A DNA stretch of 64,000 bases from Acidobacteriota bacterium (GCA_965217775.1 CBDCJH010000002.1:1760001-1824000); one strand, 5' to 3'. Positions 49,197 through 59,559 are shown, counted from the first letter of the stretch. Notes: generated by a model from the letters alone, not told the origin. Numbers and translations: made by a program.

Positions 49197-49290
49197 CGCA
49201 GTCTCTCGCAGTCTCTTCTCAAGACTGTCCCTTTCTGTCTCGACGGCTACCAGACGGCTACCAGACGGCTACCACAAGGGTCGCCCCGAC
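49197..49290. repeat. GACTGTCCC motif (49223) with tandem stutters and a REP-like end
   Basis: CGCAGTCTCT x2; AAGACTGTCCCTTTC; GACGGCTACCA x3 (49242-49274) running into CAAGGGTCGCCCCGAC. Confidence 0.8.
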
Positions 49291-49302
49291 GAACGGTGTC
49301 CC

Positions 49303-50061
49303 CTAGTCGTCCCGGAAACGATCGGCCGTGTCCTGCGGTTCGTATCCCAGGTCCCTCCGGGCGTTGTCCAGTGACCGGTAGTTCCACTTGTTGTCGGAGA
49401 CCACGTAGTAGATCCCGAACTTCAGATCCTCAGGCGCATCGATGCAGCGGCGGATCATCTGGGCGATGTCCGCGTGACTGCACCAGACCGAGAAATCCCG
49501 AACCTCGTTGGGCCGGTCGTTGTAGTGGACGCGGCCGATGCGGAGAGAGATCATGGACAGGCCCCATCGGTCGGAGAAGAACCGGGCCAACGTTTCGCCG
49601 AACGCCTTGCTGCAACCGTAGAGGCCGTTGGGCCGAATCAGCGACGTGTCCACCAAGTCCCAACCGGTCACCTCCTCGTACCGTCCCTCGACCAGGGCAG
49701 CGTAGGGCGGATGCCGTTCCCACTCGCTGACGGCGGCTCCGCTGCTGGCGAAAACAACCCTCTCGACACCCGCCGTCCGGGCCGCCTCGAACACGTTGTA
49801 GGTGCCGACGATGTTGTGCGGGAGCACGTCCTCCCAGGTGGGGTCCCCCTGGGCCATGGCGGCCAGGTGGACGACGGTCTCCACTCCCTCGAAGGCCGGC
49901 CGGATGGCCTCCAGATCGGCAATGTCCGCCTGCAGGCACGGGAGGCCCTCCACCGGACGCCGGTTCAAGGCGCTCAGCTCGTACGCATCTCCCAGTTCCC
50001 GCCGGCAAACCTGCCCGATGAGTCCGCTCATGCCCGTGATCAACACTCTTTTTTTGGCCAT
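49303..50061 (-). CDS. NAD-dependent epimerase/dehydratase (uronate dehydrogenase-like)
   Basis: TGMSGLIG, VHLAA, NIVGTYNV, YGCSK, SLRIG. Confidence 0.85.
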   Translation of the reverse strand: MAKKRVLITGMSGLIGQVCRRELGDAYELSALNRRPVEGLPCLQADIADLEAIRPAFEGVETVVHLAAMAQGDPTWEDVLPHNIVGTYNVFEAARTAGVERVVFASSGAAVSEWERHPPYAALVEGRYEEVTGWDLVDTSLIRPNGLYGCSKAFGETLARFFSDRWGLSMISLRIGRVHYNDRPNEVRDFSVWCSHADIAQMIRRCIDAPEDLKFGIYYVVSDNKWNYRSLDNARRDLGYEPQDTADRFRDD

Positions 50062-50199
50062 GCGGCGATTCTACCGCAGGGCCTCCCAACTCCGCCTGCC
50101 GGGTTTTACCGCCGGTTTTCATTCCCACTTCCAGCCCCTATGATGGGCTCTCGTCTCAACACCCAATTGAATCGGCATCCGGCGAAAGGGAGCGGCAAC

Positions 50200-50934
50200 A
50201 TGTTTCGAAACAAAATCCTCGAGAGAATCAAGAGAGGCGAGAAGGCTCTGGGCCTGTTCATGTCGGACCCTTCCGAAGAACTGGTGGAAATGGCCGGGCG
50301 CATGGGGCTGGATTTCGTCGGCTTCGACGGCCAGCACTCGCCCCTCACTCCGGAACGGGTCGGCACCCTGTGCACCATCGCGGACGGGTTCGACGTCACT
50401 CCCACCATGCGCGTCCCCGATGGGAATGAAAGCACGCTACTGTCCTATTTGGACCGTGGGATCCGCGGCATCACGGTTCCCAACATCCAGACCCGTGAAG
50501 AAGCCGAAAAACTGGTCAAATACACCTATTTCGCACCGCTGGGCCTGCGCAGCTCCACCAGCTACCGCATGGTCATGAACCAGGACGGAAAGGACCGCAA
50601 CACCCTCTTCCAGGAAGTCAACGCCAACCTGATGATCGTCCCCCAACTGGAGAGCGTGACTTCAATCCGGAATTTGGACGAGATCCTTCAGGTGGAGGGG
50701 ATCGACTACCTCGGAGGCGGCCCCGAAGACATGGCCCAGTCCATGGGGATTCCGGGCCGGCATGACGATCCCAGGGTGACCCGGATCTACAAGGAGATGG
50801 AACAGAAGGTCCATGCCGCCGGAAAGCTCATGGCGGGAGACTACATCGAGTCGGTGAACGTCTTCTGGAACGTCAAGGGCGCATTGGAGCAACTGCTTGA
50901 AAGCCACGGCCGCCGCTCTCGCATGACCTGGTAG
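50200..50934 (+). CDS. HpcH/HpaI aldolase/citrate lyase family protein
   Basis: GLDFVGFDGQH, RVPD, LDRGIRGITVP, PLGLRS, QLES, GPEDMAQSMG. Confidence 0.85.
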   Translation: MFRNKILERIKRGEKALGLFMSDPSEELVEMAGRMGLDFVGFDGQHSPLTPERVGTLCTIADGFDVTPTMRVPDGNESTLLSYLDRGIRGITVPNIQTREEAEKLVKYTYFAPLGLRSSTSYRMVMNQDGKDRNTLFQEVNANLMIVPQLESVTSIRNLDEILQVEGIDYLGGGPEDMAQSMGIPGRHDDPRVTRIYKEMEQKVHAAGKLMAGDYIESVNVFWNVKGALEQLLESHGRRSRMTW

Positions 50935-50950
50935 TGAAGACCCCCACCCC

Positions 50951-51904
50951 GTGAAGTACGTCGTCAATCTGCCCATCGCCGGCCCTCTGGCGACTCCCCG
51001 CAGTCTCTCGGCTCTCGCTCGAACCGCCGAGGCCCAGGGAGTCGACATCATCTCCTCCAGTGAGCGCCTGGTCCTGCCCTGCTCCGTCGAGACCCGCTAT
51101 CCGTACGGCGCCACGGGCAAGTTTCCCGGCGGAAGCGGCAGCCAGAAGAGCCTGGAGATGCTGATGACCCTGGCCTTCCTCTGCGGCCAGACCTCCCGGG
51201 TCCGCATCCTGACCTCGGTCCTGGTCCTGCCCTACCGGGATCCGATCCTGGCGGCCAAGATGCTGGCCACCCTGGACGTCCTCTCCGAAGGCCGGCTCAT
51301 CGTGGGCTGCGGCGTCGGCTGGATGCGGGAGGAGTTCGAAGCCCTGGGCCTGCCGGTCCGATTCGAGGACCGGGGCCGCGCCTCGGACGAGTACCTGAGG
51401 GGCATGCAGGAACTCTGGTGTAGCGAGAACCCTGAGTTCAAAGGCAACCACGTCCGTTTCTCCGGGATCGAATTCCATCCCCAGCCGGTACAGCGGCCTC
51501 ATCCGCCTTTCTGGTTCGGCGGCGAGAGCCCCGCGGCCCTCCGGCGCGTCGCCCGCTTCGGAGACGGATGGATGCCCATCGCCGGAAACCCGCGCCATCC
51601 GCTGGACGACGACCGGCAACTCGCCCGGGCGATTGAAAGACTGCGCCGAATGGTGGAGGCCGAAGGCCGGGACCCGGACAAGATTCACGTCCGGTTCGGC
51701 GGAGGGTGGAACGAGTCCCCGCGCCCGGGCCCGGCAGGAGAGAGACTGCCCATGAGCGGCACGGTCCAGCAGGTGGCCGGAGACATCCGCCGCTATCAGG
51801 ATCTGGGAGTCGACCACCTGGGAGTGGGTCTGTTGACGGAGGACCTGTCCGAGAGCCTGGAACGGATCGAGCGCTTCATGACCAGTGTCGTGCCGGTGGT
51901 CTAG
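50951..51904 (+). CDS. LLM-class flavin/F420-dependent oxidoreductase
   Basis: TSVLVLPYRDPILAAKMLATLDVLSEGRLIVGCGVGWMREEF; PVQRPHPPFWFGG. Confidence 0.9.
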   Translation: MKYVVNLPIAGPLATPRSLSALARTAEAQGVDIISSSERLVLPCSVETRYPYGATGKFPGGSGSQKSLEMLMTLAFLCGQTSRVRILTSVLVLPYRDPILAAKMLATLDVLSEGRLIVGCGVGWMREEFEALGLPVRFEDRGRASDEYLRGMQELWCSENPEFKGNHVRFSGIEFHPQPVQRPHPPFWFGGESPAALRRVARFGDGWMPIAGNPRHPLDDDRQLARAIERLRRMVEAEGRDPDKIHVRFGGGWNESPRPGPAGERLPMSGTVQQVAGDIRRYQDLGVDHLGVGLLTEDLSESLERIERFMTSVVPVV

Positions 51905-51917
51905 GAACTTGCGCGAT

Positions 51918-53150
51918 TCACACTCTCAGGAAGATCCTCCGCCGATACATCCACCAGCAGACCAGCCAGAACGTGAGCCCCACCATCACCGACTCGAGGG
52001 CGGGCTCATTGGCGGCTCCCCAGAGCTGGGAGATGTTCTGCCCCAGGTGTGTCCGCAAGGTTGCTGCGGTCCAGTCGGGTAGAAGCATGCTCATCGAGTA
52101 GATCGCTATGGAGTTGGTTCCCACCACCACCAGAGGGAAGGTCCAGCGACGGATCCTGGCGATGTCAATCAGGACGTAGAGTCCTCCCAGGATCAGGCAG
52201 CACCAGCCCGTCGAAAAGATTGCCCAGGAGGGTGTCCAGATCCGCTTGACAAGTGGACAGACACCCGTCCAATCGAGGATCAGCCCTACGGTCAGACCGA
52301 GAATCCCCGCTGCCAGAAGTGTTCTGAGCTTGGTTCTGGCCGAGCGGTGCGAGCGCAGGAACCCGCCCACCATCAGGCCGAAAAGCATGGTGGCCAGGGA
52401 GGGAATAAAATTGATGGTCTGATACCCTCCTCCGTTGTGGACGAACGGCTCCTGGCGTGGCAACTGGTTCAGCAACCAGCCGTCAACGGCATGACCGACG
52501 TTGGCGTTCTTATGCCAGGCTGGAGACACTTCCGCCAGATGTCGCTGAGCCCACTCCGGTTGAACACCCACCTCAGGCGAGCCGCTCGGAAGCTCGACAC
52601 CGGCTCCGGGATACAGGACGTACAACATCCAGGTCAGGATCAGGACGAACACTGCCCCAAGGGCCTGACTTCGAATTCTTCGACGCCAGAACAAAAAGAG
52701 GAAGGTGTAGCCCAGCCCGATCTGCGTCAGGACATTCATCAGTGACCAATTGGTGCCGGAGAGCGAATCGGAAATCAGGAAGATGCCCAGAAGGATGAGG
52801 ACGGCGGATCTCCCGAGGGCGTGGCGCAGCATCTTGCCGTACGAGTGCCCCAGTCCCGATCGTTTGGCATAGGAGTAGGCCATCGACACTCCCACCATGA
52901 ACATGAAGGAGGGTTGGATCAGATCCCAGTAGCCACATCCGGTCCAGGGGACGTGGGAAAACTGGTAATGAACCGTCTGCCAGAAGGAAGAGTCCGGGTT
53001 GGTTGCCAGATGATTCTCGGCCGTCTCCCTGAGACCGAAACCCTTGAAGGCGAGGGAGACCATGATCAGTCCACGATAGGCGTCAAGAGACAGCAACCTC
53101 TGTTGCTGCCGGTTGCTTTTCGCGACCTCGGATTCACCGTGGGATCCCAC
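51918..53150 (-). CDS. Membrane acyltransferase (DUF5009 / HGSNAT-like)
   Basis: RLLSLDAYRG, WDLIQPSFMFMVG, VKRIWTPSW, GTNSIAIY, MYRRRIFLRV. Confidence 0.88.
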   Translation of the reverse strand: MGSHGESEVAKSNRQQQRLLSLDAYRGLIMVSLAFKGFGLRETAENHLATNPDSSFWQTVHYQFSHVPWTGCGYWDLIQPSFMFMVGVSMAYSYAKRSGLGHSYGKMLRHALGRSAVLILLGIFLISDSLSGTNWSLMNVLTQIGLGYTFLFLFWRRRIRSQALGAVFVLILTWMLYVLYPGAGVELPSGSPEVGVQPEWAQRHLAEVSPAWHKNANVGHAVDGWLLNQLPRQEPFVHNGGGYQTINFIPSLATMLFGLMVGGFLRSHRSARTKLRTLLAAGILGLTVGLILDWTGVCPLVKRIWTPSWAIFSTGWCCLILGGLYVLIDIARIRRWTFPLVVVGTNSIAIYSMSMLLPDWTAATLRTHLGQNISQLWGAANEPALESVMVGLTFWLVCWWMYRRRIFLRV

Positions 53151-53640
53151 GAACGCCCCTCCGTCGAGTCGACATCAACAATCTACGATGATCAGCATGC
53201 TGGCACCGTCCGCATGGTGATTCAACTGACCATGGATGGCCTTTCTGCTGCTCAGTATCCCGGTGTGGCGAGCTTTTCTGTGCCGTTAGGCCCAATTCCT
53301 CGTCACCGACACGAAAATCGATTTGTTTAAAAGCATTTCAGTGGTTTTCTCAGCCATATGAATTCAAGCGCTGCCCTGCCGGCTCGAATGCGGTGATGAA
53401 AGCCGAAATCCGGCGATGTCCAGGGGTATTCGACCTTTCACGGGCACTCGTGAGCGATGGTTCTCCCCCAAGAGCCGGCTCCAGGGCAGAGTCCGTCCCG
53501 CAGACTTCCAACTTGGCGTCTTCCCAACGGCGGGTTCGCGGTAACAGCGAAGCGGATGGGTTTGCACTCGGGCCAGAACCGTCCGCAACCATGCCGCGTA
53601 CGGGTAGCTCTCGGAAAACGACAACCAGACCTTGCTCGCA

Positions 53641-53711
53641 CGCACACACAGAGAGGAGGTGCGCACACACAGAGAGGAGGTGACCAGAGAGGAGGTGACT
53701 GTCCCTTTCTC
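53641..53711. repeat. GACTGTCCC motif (53697) preceded by tandem stutters
   Basis: CGCACACACAGAGAGGAGGTG x2, then CAGAGAGGAGGTGACTGTCCCTTTCTC. Confidence 0.85.
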
Positions 53712-53914
53712 ATTCTGGTTTTTTGCGGGGAACACCACAGGAAAGAGTCCCCCTCGGCATCGGTCGGAATCCCCTGTCGCCTCTCTCGTGGCCGTTGTCC
53801 GCCGGTTCTGGTCCCCCGGGGCGACCGTTGGTATTCTCCAATGCACGCCTGACGGGTGGGGAAGTGCCCAGGACACGCCGTACCCATCCGGTCTAGGCTG
53901 GATCAGGAGTCCGT

Positions 53915-56290
53915 ATGATCAGTCCTCTACTTAGCTCATTCTCGAGTTCGTTTTTTGCTGGGTGGCTGTTTTTCGTTCTGTCACCGACGCAAACTGGCGG
54001 CCCCCCGTCAGAGAACGTCCGCCGACAGGCGGACGACTCGATTGTCCGACAGGAGCAGGAAGAGAAGGTTCTATACTTCCCGGATTATGTGGATGGCGGG
54101 GGCTGGTCGGTGCAACTAGTGCTCAGCAACGTCGACCCGAACGCCGCCGCCGAGATCCGGGTGGAAGTCTACGACCCGGACGGACAAAACCTTCGGGATC
54201 TATTCGATTCCGATTTGACGTTGGAGATTCCGGCGCTGGGCACTCGAGTCTTGAGAAGCGCCGGTTCAGGAGCCATTCGGCGGGGTTGGATCCGGATCGA
54301 GACCGATGCCGGCACCGTCAGTGGATTGTTGACCTACCGGCACGCCCAATCAGGGATCGAAGTCGTCGTCGAGCCCGCCCAATTGGGGAAGGAGTTCGCT
54401 CTGTTCGTGGAGGAATCAGAGACCGTCGGGGCGGGACTGGCCCTCTTCAAACCGGATGCGGAATCCAGGATCGAGGTGAGACTGCGCGACGAGGAGGGGA
54501 ACGATCCGTTGAACGGATTGTTCGTCCCCTGGGGGGATTTCCACCAGGCGGCGCGCACGCTCCCGGAATGGTTCGCCGTTGAAGGAATTGATATGGGATT
54601 TCTGGAGGACTTCCACGGCTTCCTGTTCCTACGAAGTGAGGACGGCACCCCCTTCGCTCCGCTCGGGCTGCGGTTCGGGAAGCGGACCTCTTCACTCTCG
54701 GCGGTGCCGGCGATTCGGGTCCCGGACGGAGGCGGGAACGACGGTGGCCATCCACCCCCGCCGACATCGATCGATCAGGGTCAGAGCACGACGTTGACGT
54801 GGCCGTCGACGAGTGCGGCGAGTGCGGAGATCACCCCGGACATCGGCGTGGTGCCCACTTCGGGTTCGCGGAAGGTGTCGCCGGACGTCACCCCGCCCTG
54901 CCACATCAACGTAACAGGGGCCGACGGACAGACCGCCATGGCGTCGGTCACGGTGACCGCCCTGACGGAATGTGATCGGGTCGGCGTCCCGGTCGAGCCG
55001 GTATCCGGAGAGCCGGCGGCCGCGATCCGCATTGTGGCAGGCGAGGGGCAACGCGCGTTCACCGAGCGCACCCTCGACAAGCCCCTTGTAGTTCGCGTTC
55101 TCGACACGTCAGATCTGCCTGTTTCCGGGGTGGCCGTGAACTTCGTACCAACGCCGGAAAGCGGTCGGGTGGATCCCTCGACCGCAGCCACGGATTCGAA
55201 CGGCGAGGTCGCGGTGGAGTGGACCATGGGCTCCGCGGCCGGTATCCAGACGCTCATAGTCGCCGCAGGCCTGGCTATTACGGGTGTCAACGTCTACGCG
55301 ATCGACCTCGAGTCCGAACTCGACAACGTTTTTGCCGCGCCGACCGCCGCGGAGATCGAGGCCGTTCGTGCAGACTGGGCCGCGCGTGACATCTCTGCGG
55401 TTGACGTGTTCGTTGAATTCACGGAGACGTATCCCCTGGGCGAAACCCCGGCGACCCTGCGCGTGGTGTCGCATCAGGTCGGGGAGGTGCGCCACTACGG
55501 GGCGATCCTTGCGCCCGACTCTGCGGCACCCGGGACGCTGCCCGTCCTGATGTACCTGCACGGCGGCGACAGCGGTGTCGACGTGGGCGACATCGATATC
55601 GTCGGGTATTCCTTGGGCGAGCTGCGAGACAGCTTCGTCTACGTAATCCCGTCTTTTCGCAGCGAACGGCTTGAATATGGCGATAGCGTGTGGGTCTCGA
55701 CCGGATCTGGCGGTCACTGGGACTACGATGTGGACGACGCCCTGGCGCTCTTGAACGTGGCTCTGGAGCTGACTCCGCAGGCGAAGTCCGAAGGTGTGAG
55801 CATCGTCGGCGGAAGTCGTGGAGCGGGCGTCGCCATGCTGGCCGGCATCCGCGACGAGCGCATCGAGAACATCGTCGCCTTCTTCGGTCCCACCGACTTC
55901 TTCGACGACTGGGTGCGGCAAATCGTGCGCGAGGCGGTCCTGGGGCGTCCGCGCCAGCTCACGGGCGTGGCCCACATGGACTCCACTTTCGTTCAGCCCT
56001 ACATGAGAGGCGAGATCGAACTGGCTGAGTTGCGCCTGGAGTTGGTGCGCCGCTCCTCCGTCCTGTTCGCCGAAGACCTGCCGGGCGTCCAGCTGCACCA
56101 TGGCGATTCCGACGAGACCGTCGCCGTCAGCCAAGCGTACTCGATGATCCGTACCATGGAGGCCTTGGGACGCGAGCCTCCCGAGTTCGAGGCCTTCATC
56201 TACGAGGGTGGAGGACACGAGGTGTTCGGTCTAAGGGGTGCCATTCCGCGGGCGGTGCGGTTCCTGTGGCGTGCCCTGGGAAGGGAATAA
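53915..56290 (+). CDS. Exported multidomain protein: beta-sandwich, Ig-like domains and an S9-like alpha/beta hydrolase
   Basis: YFPDYVDGGGWSVQLVLSN; GVAVNF..TDSNG (Big_1-like); YLHGG, GGSRG nucleophile, HGDSDETV, YEGGGH. Confidence 0.75.
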   Translation: MISPLLSSFSSSFFAGWLFFVLSPTQTGGPPSENVRRQADDSIVRQEQEEKVLYFPDYVDGGGWSVQLVLSNVDPNAAAEIRVEVYDPDGQNLRDLFDSDLTLEIPALGTRVLRSAGSGAIRRGWIRIETDAGTVSGLLTYRHAQSGIEVVVEPAQLGKEFALFVEESETVGAGLALFKPDAESRIEVRLRDEEGNDPLNGLFVPWGDFHQAARTLPEWFAVEGIDMGFLEDFHGFLFLRSEDGTPFAPLGLRFGKRTSSLSAVPAIRVPDGGGNDGGHPPPPTSIDQGQSTTLTWPSTSAASAEITPDIGVVPTSGSRKVSPDVTPPCHINVTGADGQTAMASVTVTALTECDRVGVPVEPVSGEPAAAIRIVAGEGQRAFTERTLDKPLVVRVLDTSDLPVSGVAVNFVPTPESGRVDPSTAATDSNGEVAVEWTMGSAAGIQTLIVAAGLAITGVNVYAIDLESELDNVFAAPTAAEIEAVRADWAARDISAVDVFVEFTETYPLGETPATLRVVSHQVGEVRHYGAILAPDSAAPGTLPVLMYLHGGDSGVDVGDIDIVGYSLGELRDSFVYVIPSFRSERLEYGDSVWVSTGSGGHWDYDVDDALALLNVALELTPQAKSEGVSIVGGSRGAGVAMLAGIRDERIENIVAFFGPTDFFDDWVRQIVREAVLGRPRQLTGVAHMDSTFVQPYMRGEIELAELRLELVRRSSVLFAEDLPGVQLHHGDSDETVAVSQAYSMIRTMEALGREPPEFEAFIYEGGGHEVFGLRGAIPRAVRFLWRALGRE

Positions 56291-56356
56291 AGTAGCTTAT
56301 GGGGCTGACCTTTTGCCGGAGTTGGAGGAATCTTTCGGAGAGGGAGGTGACGTCAC

Positions 56357-56683
56357 GTGAAAACACGCCGCAAGTTCCCCGCCGGTACAGTCCTCGTCAC
56401 GGCGATCCTGGGGGCAGTTTCTCTCAGCCCATCCAGAATGGCGCACGCGGGACCCGAGGAGTACGAGCGCGTCTATTGGGACAAGGGAGACGCGAGGAAG
56501 GTCATCGCCCGCGCGACAGCAATCGACATGGGGAACACCAGTGAGATGCTCCTTCGCATCACTGCAGCCGCATTCAATACCGAACCGAACAGAGACGAGA
56601 CCACTTCTGGCGTCTGGCTCACAGACGACGTCTGCTGGTCACTGGCTATTCTTGTGCAAGAGGAATTAACGACGGACCGATGA
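56357..56683 (+). CDS. Exported hypothetical protein, possibly frameshifted near its end
   Basis: GGAGG RBS, signal peptide ending in AHA; an alternative frame continues TDEEKEKFYESF. Confidence 0.4.
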   Translation: MKTRRKFPAGTVLVTAILGAVSLSPSRMAHAGPEEYERVYWDKGDARKVIARATAIDMGNTSEMLLRITAAAFNTEPNRDETTSGVWLTDDVCWSLAILVQEELTTDR

Positions 56684-57812
56684 GGAGAAGGAGAAATTTT
56701 ACGAGTCCTTCGTGGAAACGGGTGCATGCCGTGAAGCCCGACACCCCGCCCGAGCACCGGGATTGGTATCCGCAGGGGACAGACTCACCGACAACCGAAA
56801 CGGAACAAATGAAGCGACCTTATGATGCCTAAAAAGAATCTTCGAGGTGACCGCTGGGATACGGATTCGATGATTTGGAACGCCATTCGTATACGGGTCG
56901 TTGCCCGAGCTGTTGTGGTCTCATCGGGATTCCCATACCTACTGGACGCACCTCCACGAAAAGCGTTGGGGCGTGTTTCGAACCAGTGAACTCAGTCAGG
57001 CCTTAACGGTGATACTCAACGCCTACAGTAAGCGGTGGGGCGATTCCGCCTATAGCGCGGACACTTATGGGTGAGTCGCCTGCCGAGAGACAAGCCTGCG
57101 CTGCCCCGTCGCTGAAGAGGATTCTGCGTCGCCTCCTCTGTGGTGGAGCCTTTTCCTCCGCTGGATCGCAGTAACGTACTTTATCGACATTAATTCGAGG
57201 CCCCCGCCGCAGACCAATCCGGGCCGCCCACCCTCCACGCGGGGACTCCGCAAATCCGGCCGGCCCCGTAGAGGGCCTCTGCCGCGTCGGCTCCAGGCGC
57301 GCCCGCGCCCGGCCGGGCCGGATTTGGCCGGAACGGGGGATTTTCGGAAGATCCGGAGAAGAAAACGCGCTCAGAGGGCCTGTGCCGGCCTGGCGAGCCC
57401 GGACCAACGGTTAGGTGATAGGCCCTGGAGCTACACCCAGGCTCCGCCAGCGTCTCGCGGCGGAGGGGGAATTTTGCAGAACGGGCGCGCGGGTATTTTG
57501 TGGTCCGAGAGATCTGGACCTCGAGCGGTCTGAGAAACGCGATCCTGCTTCCGGAACTCGGCCGGGGATTCGTTTGTTTCCAGGGGGTTGCGGAAGCGTA
57601 CATCGTTCGCTCGAATGAATAATCCCCGCTCTCTGACTTGATACACAGGCCTCCGGCGGTCCGCGGCGGCCGGGGGGAGCTCCACCGGGTCAATTTGGAC
57701 GTCTCCGAGACCCTGCAGGGCCGACTTGAGGCGTGGAGTCCGCCCGATTTTGGCGAAAATCGGCCTACAGGACCTCGCTGACGACAGAACCTGACTCCGC
57801 CGGCGTTGGATC

Positions 57813-58151
57813 ATGTCTGAAACGATGCGAAAACGCCGGAAGCTCAACACCAGAGCCGGCCGGCTGGCGGCCCGCGAGCGAGTCCGTCAACTGGTGAGTG
57901 AGCACGATGACCAGATGGTGCTCCTGGTCTGGGGTGGCCGAGTGCTCGGCTGGTCGCTCCGCCGGATCGCAGCGGCCCTGGAGGGGTCAGTAGCTCCCCC
58001 CGGCCGCCGGGCGGGGTACGCGGCCGGGAAGTGGACGGCAGCCGCTGTCCAGCGGATTTGCCGCCGCCACGGCATTCCCACGGACCGGCCCGCCGAGCCG
58101 CCCCGTGCGTTCCTCGCGGACGTGAGGGGTTCTGAAGCGCGGGATTACTGA
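57813..58151 (+). CDS. Small protein with a serine-recombinase-type DNA-binding (recombinase) domain
   Basis: GWSLRRIAAALE...PPG......GKWTAAAVQRI. Confidence 0.5.
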   Translation: MSETMRKRRKLNTRAGRLAARERVRQLVSEHDDQMVLLVWGGRVLGWSLRRIAAALEGSVAPPGRRAGYAAGKWTAAAVQRICRRHGIPTDRPAEPPRAFLADVRGSEARDY

Positions 58152-58251
58152 ATCAGCGGAATGTTTGACTCCAAGGTGAAACTCCGGCCCGAGATCAGCA
58201 TCTAAGGGGAGGTCGATCACCCACGCATCCGGACCCGCGAGGAGGACCACC

Positions 58252-58590
58252 ATGGCGAGACCCACCGATGAGATCATGAACGGGCAAAGAGTGGTCCACG
58301 TCGAGAACGAGGACGAATTCTTCTACTACTCCGATCGGGGTCCGATAACACTTTCCCGCGAGCTGGCGGAATCCCTGGGCTTCAGGGAATACCCCGGCTC
58401 CGCGGAAGAACTGCACGCCGAGGAGTGGGAAGAGACATTGAACGGCGAGCGGGAGTGGGAGGAGTTGCAGAAAGAATGGGCCGAAGAGGAGCGGCGGGCC
58501 GAACACCCGACGGACCCCTCCAGCCCCTTCTATGAAAGAGATGACCGCCCCCTGGCTGTGGTGATCCCGTTCCCAACCAGGGTCCAATAA
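58252..58590 (+). CDS. Acidic hypothetical protein
   Basis: GAGGAGG RBS, ATG start, Glu/Trp-rich. Confidence 0.55.
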   Translation: MARPTDEIMNGQRVVHVENEDEFFYYSDRGPITLSRELAESLGFREYPGSAEELHAEEWEETLNGEREWEELQKEWAEEERRAEHPTDPSSPFYERDDRPLAVVIPFPTRVQ

Positions 58591-58604
58591 AATCAACTTA
58601 TTCT

Positions 58605-58663
58605 GAGAAAAGGTGACTGTCCCCTTCTCGGTCCTCGTCCCCTTCTCGGTCCTCGATCCCCTC
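58605..58663. repeat. GACTGTCCC motif (58615) with a downstream stutter
   Basis: GAGAAAAGGTGACTGTCCCCTTCTC; GTCCCCTTCTCGGTCCTC x2. Confidence 0.88.
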
Positions 58664-58765
58664 ATTTTTCCCAACCCGGTGAGCCCCTTCCGACGAGAAA
58701 TTCACATCTTCTGATGTGGAGCCGCTAATGAGGAGCGGAGTCACTCCATGGCAGTAGGAGGCACC

Positions 58766-59287
58766 ATGATGATTATTCTGACGATGAAATCGAGCCGGAC
58801 TCAGATCCTCGCCTTGTTCCTGGTGGGACTGACCTTCCAGCCGGCGCACGCGGAGGTGATCCCGGGACGCTGGGAGAAGGTCTCCGCCTTGGAAATGGCA
58901 TCAACCGTCACGGTGGAACTGAAAAACGGGGATCGAATTAAGGGCCAGTTCCGAGGCTTGGTGCCATCAGCTCTGGAACTCCGGAGCCCCGCTGGCCGGG
59001 CAGTGATTCCAAAATCGGACATCCAGATGATTGCCACTCTGGCGAAGGATGGTCTGGGCAACGGAGCCGGGATTGGAGCCGCGGTCGGGGCCGGCCTTGG
59101 ACTCGGGGCCTTCGTCCTCGCTGCTCGTACTCGAGGTGGTTTGGATTCGGCACCGGGGACTTTGTTGACCATTGGCGGAATCGGAGCAGGCATAGGGGCC
59201 GCAATAGGCGCGGCTGCCGATGCCGCCACGAAGGGCGAGACCATCGTACTCTACAAAGCCCCTGGAAGTTCTCAGCGTTCCAAATGA
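58766..59287 (+). CDS. Exported glycine-zipper hypothetical protein
   Basis: AGGAGG RBS, signal peptide ending in AHA; GAGIGAAVGAG and GIGAGIGAAIGA. Confidence 0.7.
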   Translation: MMIILTMKSSRTQILALFLVGLTFQPAHAEVIPGRWEKVSALEMASTVTVELKNGDRIKGQFRGLVPSALELRSPAGRAVIPKSDIQMIATLAKDGLGNGAGIGAAVGAGLGLGAFVLAARTRGGLDSAPGTLLTIGGIGAGIGAAIGAAADAATKGETIVLYKAPGSSQRSK

Positions 59288-59432
59288 AGGGGTTCGGAGT
59301 GGTGGCTACCCGATCCGCCGGCAGCCGAGACGCAAACAGCGAACCTTTCAAAATGATGGGGAATTGGCGGTTCTCTTCGGGAACGTCTATGTCCATTAAC
59401 GAAGTTAACGGAAGCACAGGGGTTCGACCCAT

Positions 59433-59557
59433 CAGATGTCGGGGACATCCGCCGCTACCAGGATCTCGAAGTCGACCACCTGGGAGCGGGTCTGTTGACG
59501 GATGACCTGTCCGAGAGTCTGGACCGGATCGAGTGCTTCATGACCACCGTGGCGCCG
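59433..59557 (+). pseudogene. Degenerate duplicate of the LLM oxidoreductase 3' end (51770-51904)
   Basis: GACATCCGCCGCTA...GTCGACCACCTGGGAG...CTTCATGACCA nucleotide similarity. Confidence 0.9.
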
Positions 59558-59559
59558 GG

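Noticed and set aside
53160-53640. Short ORFs between the acyltransferase and motif 53697
   Set aside because: No recognisable motifs or RBS support; treated as noncoding or decayed.
56774-56789. AGGGGACAGACTCACC as a 12th motif copy in the opposite orientation
   Set aside because: The core is interrupted and has no stem arms, so it was not counted. It would be an exception to the polarity rule if real.
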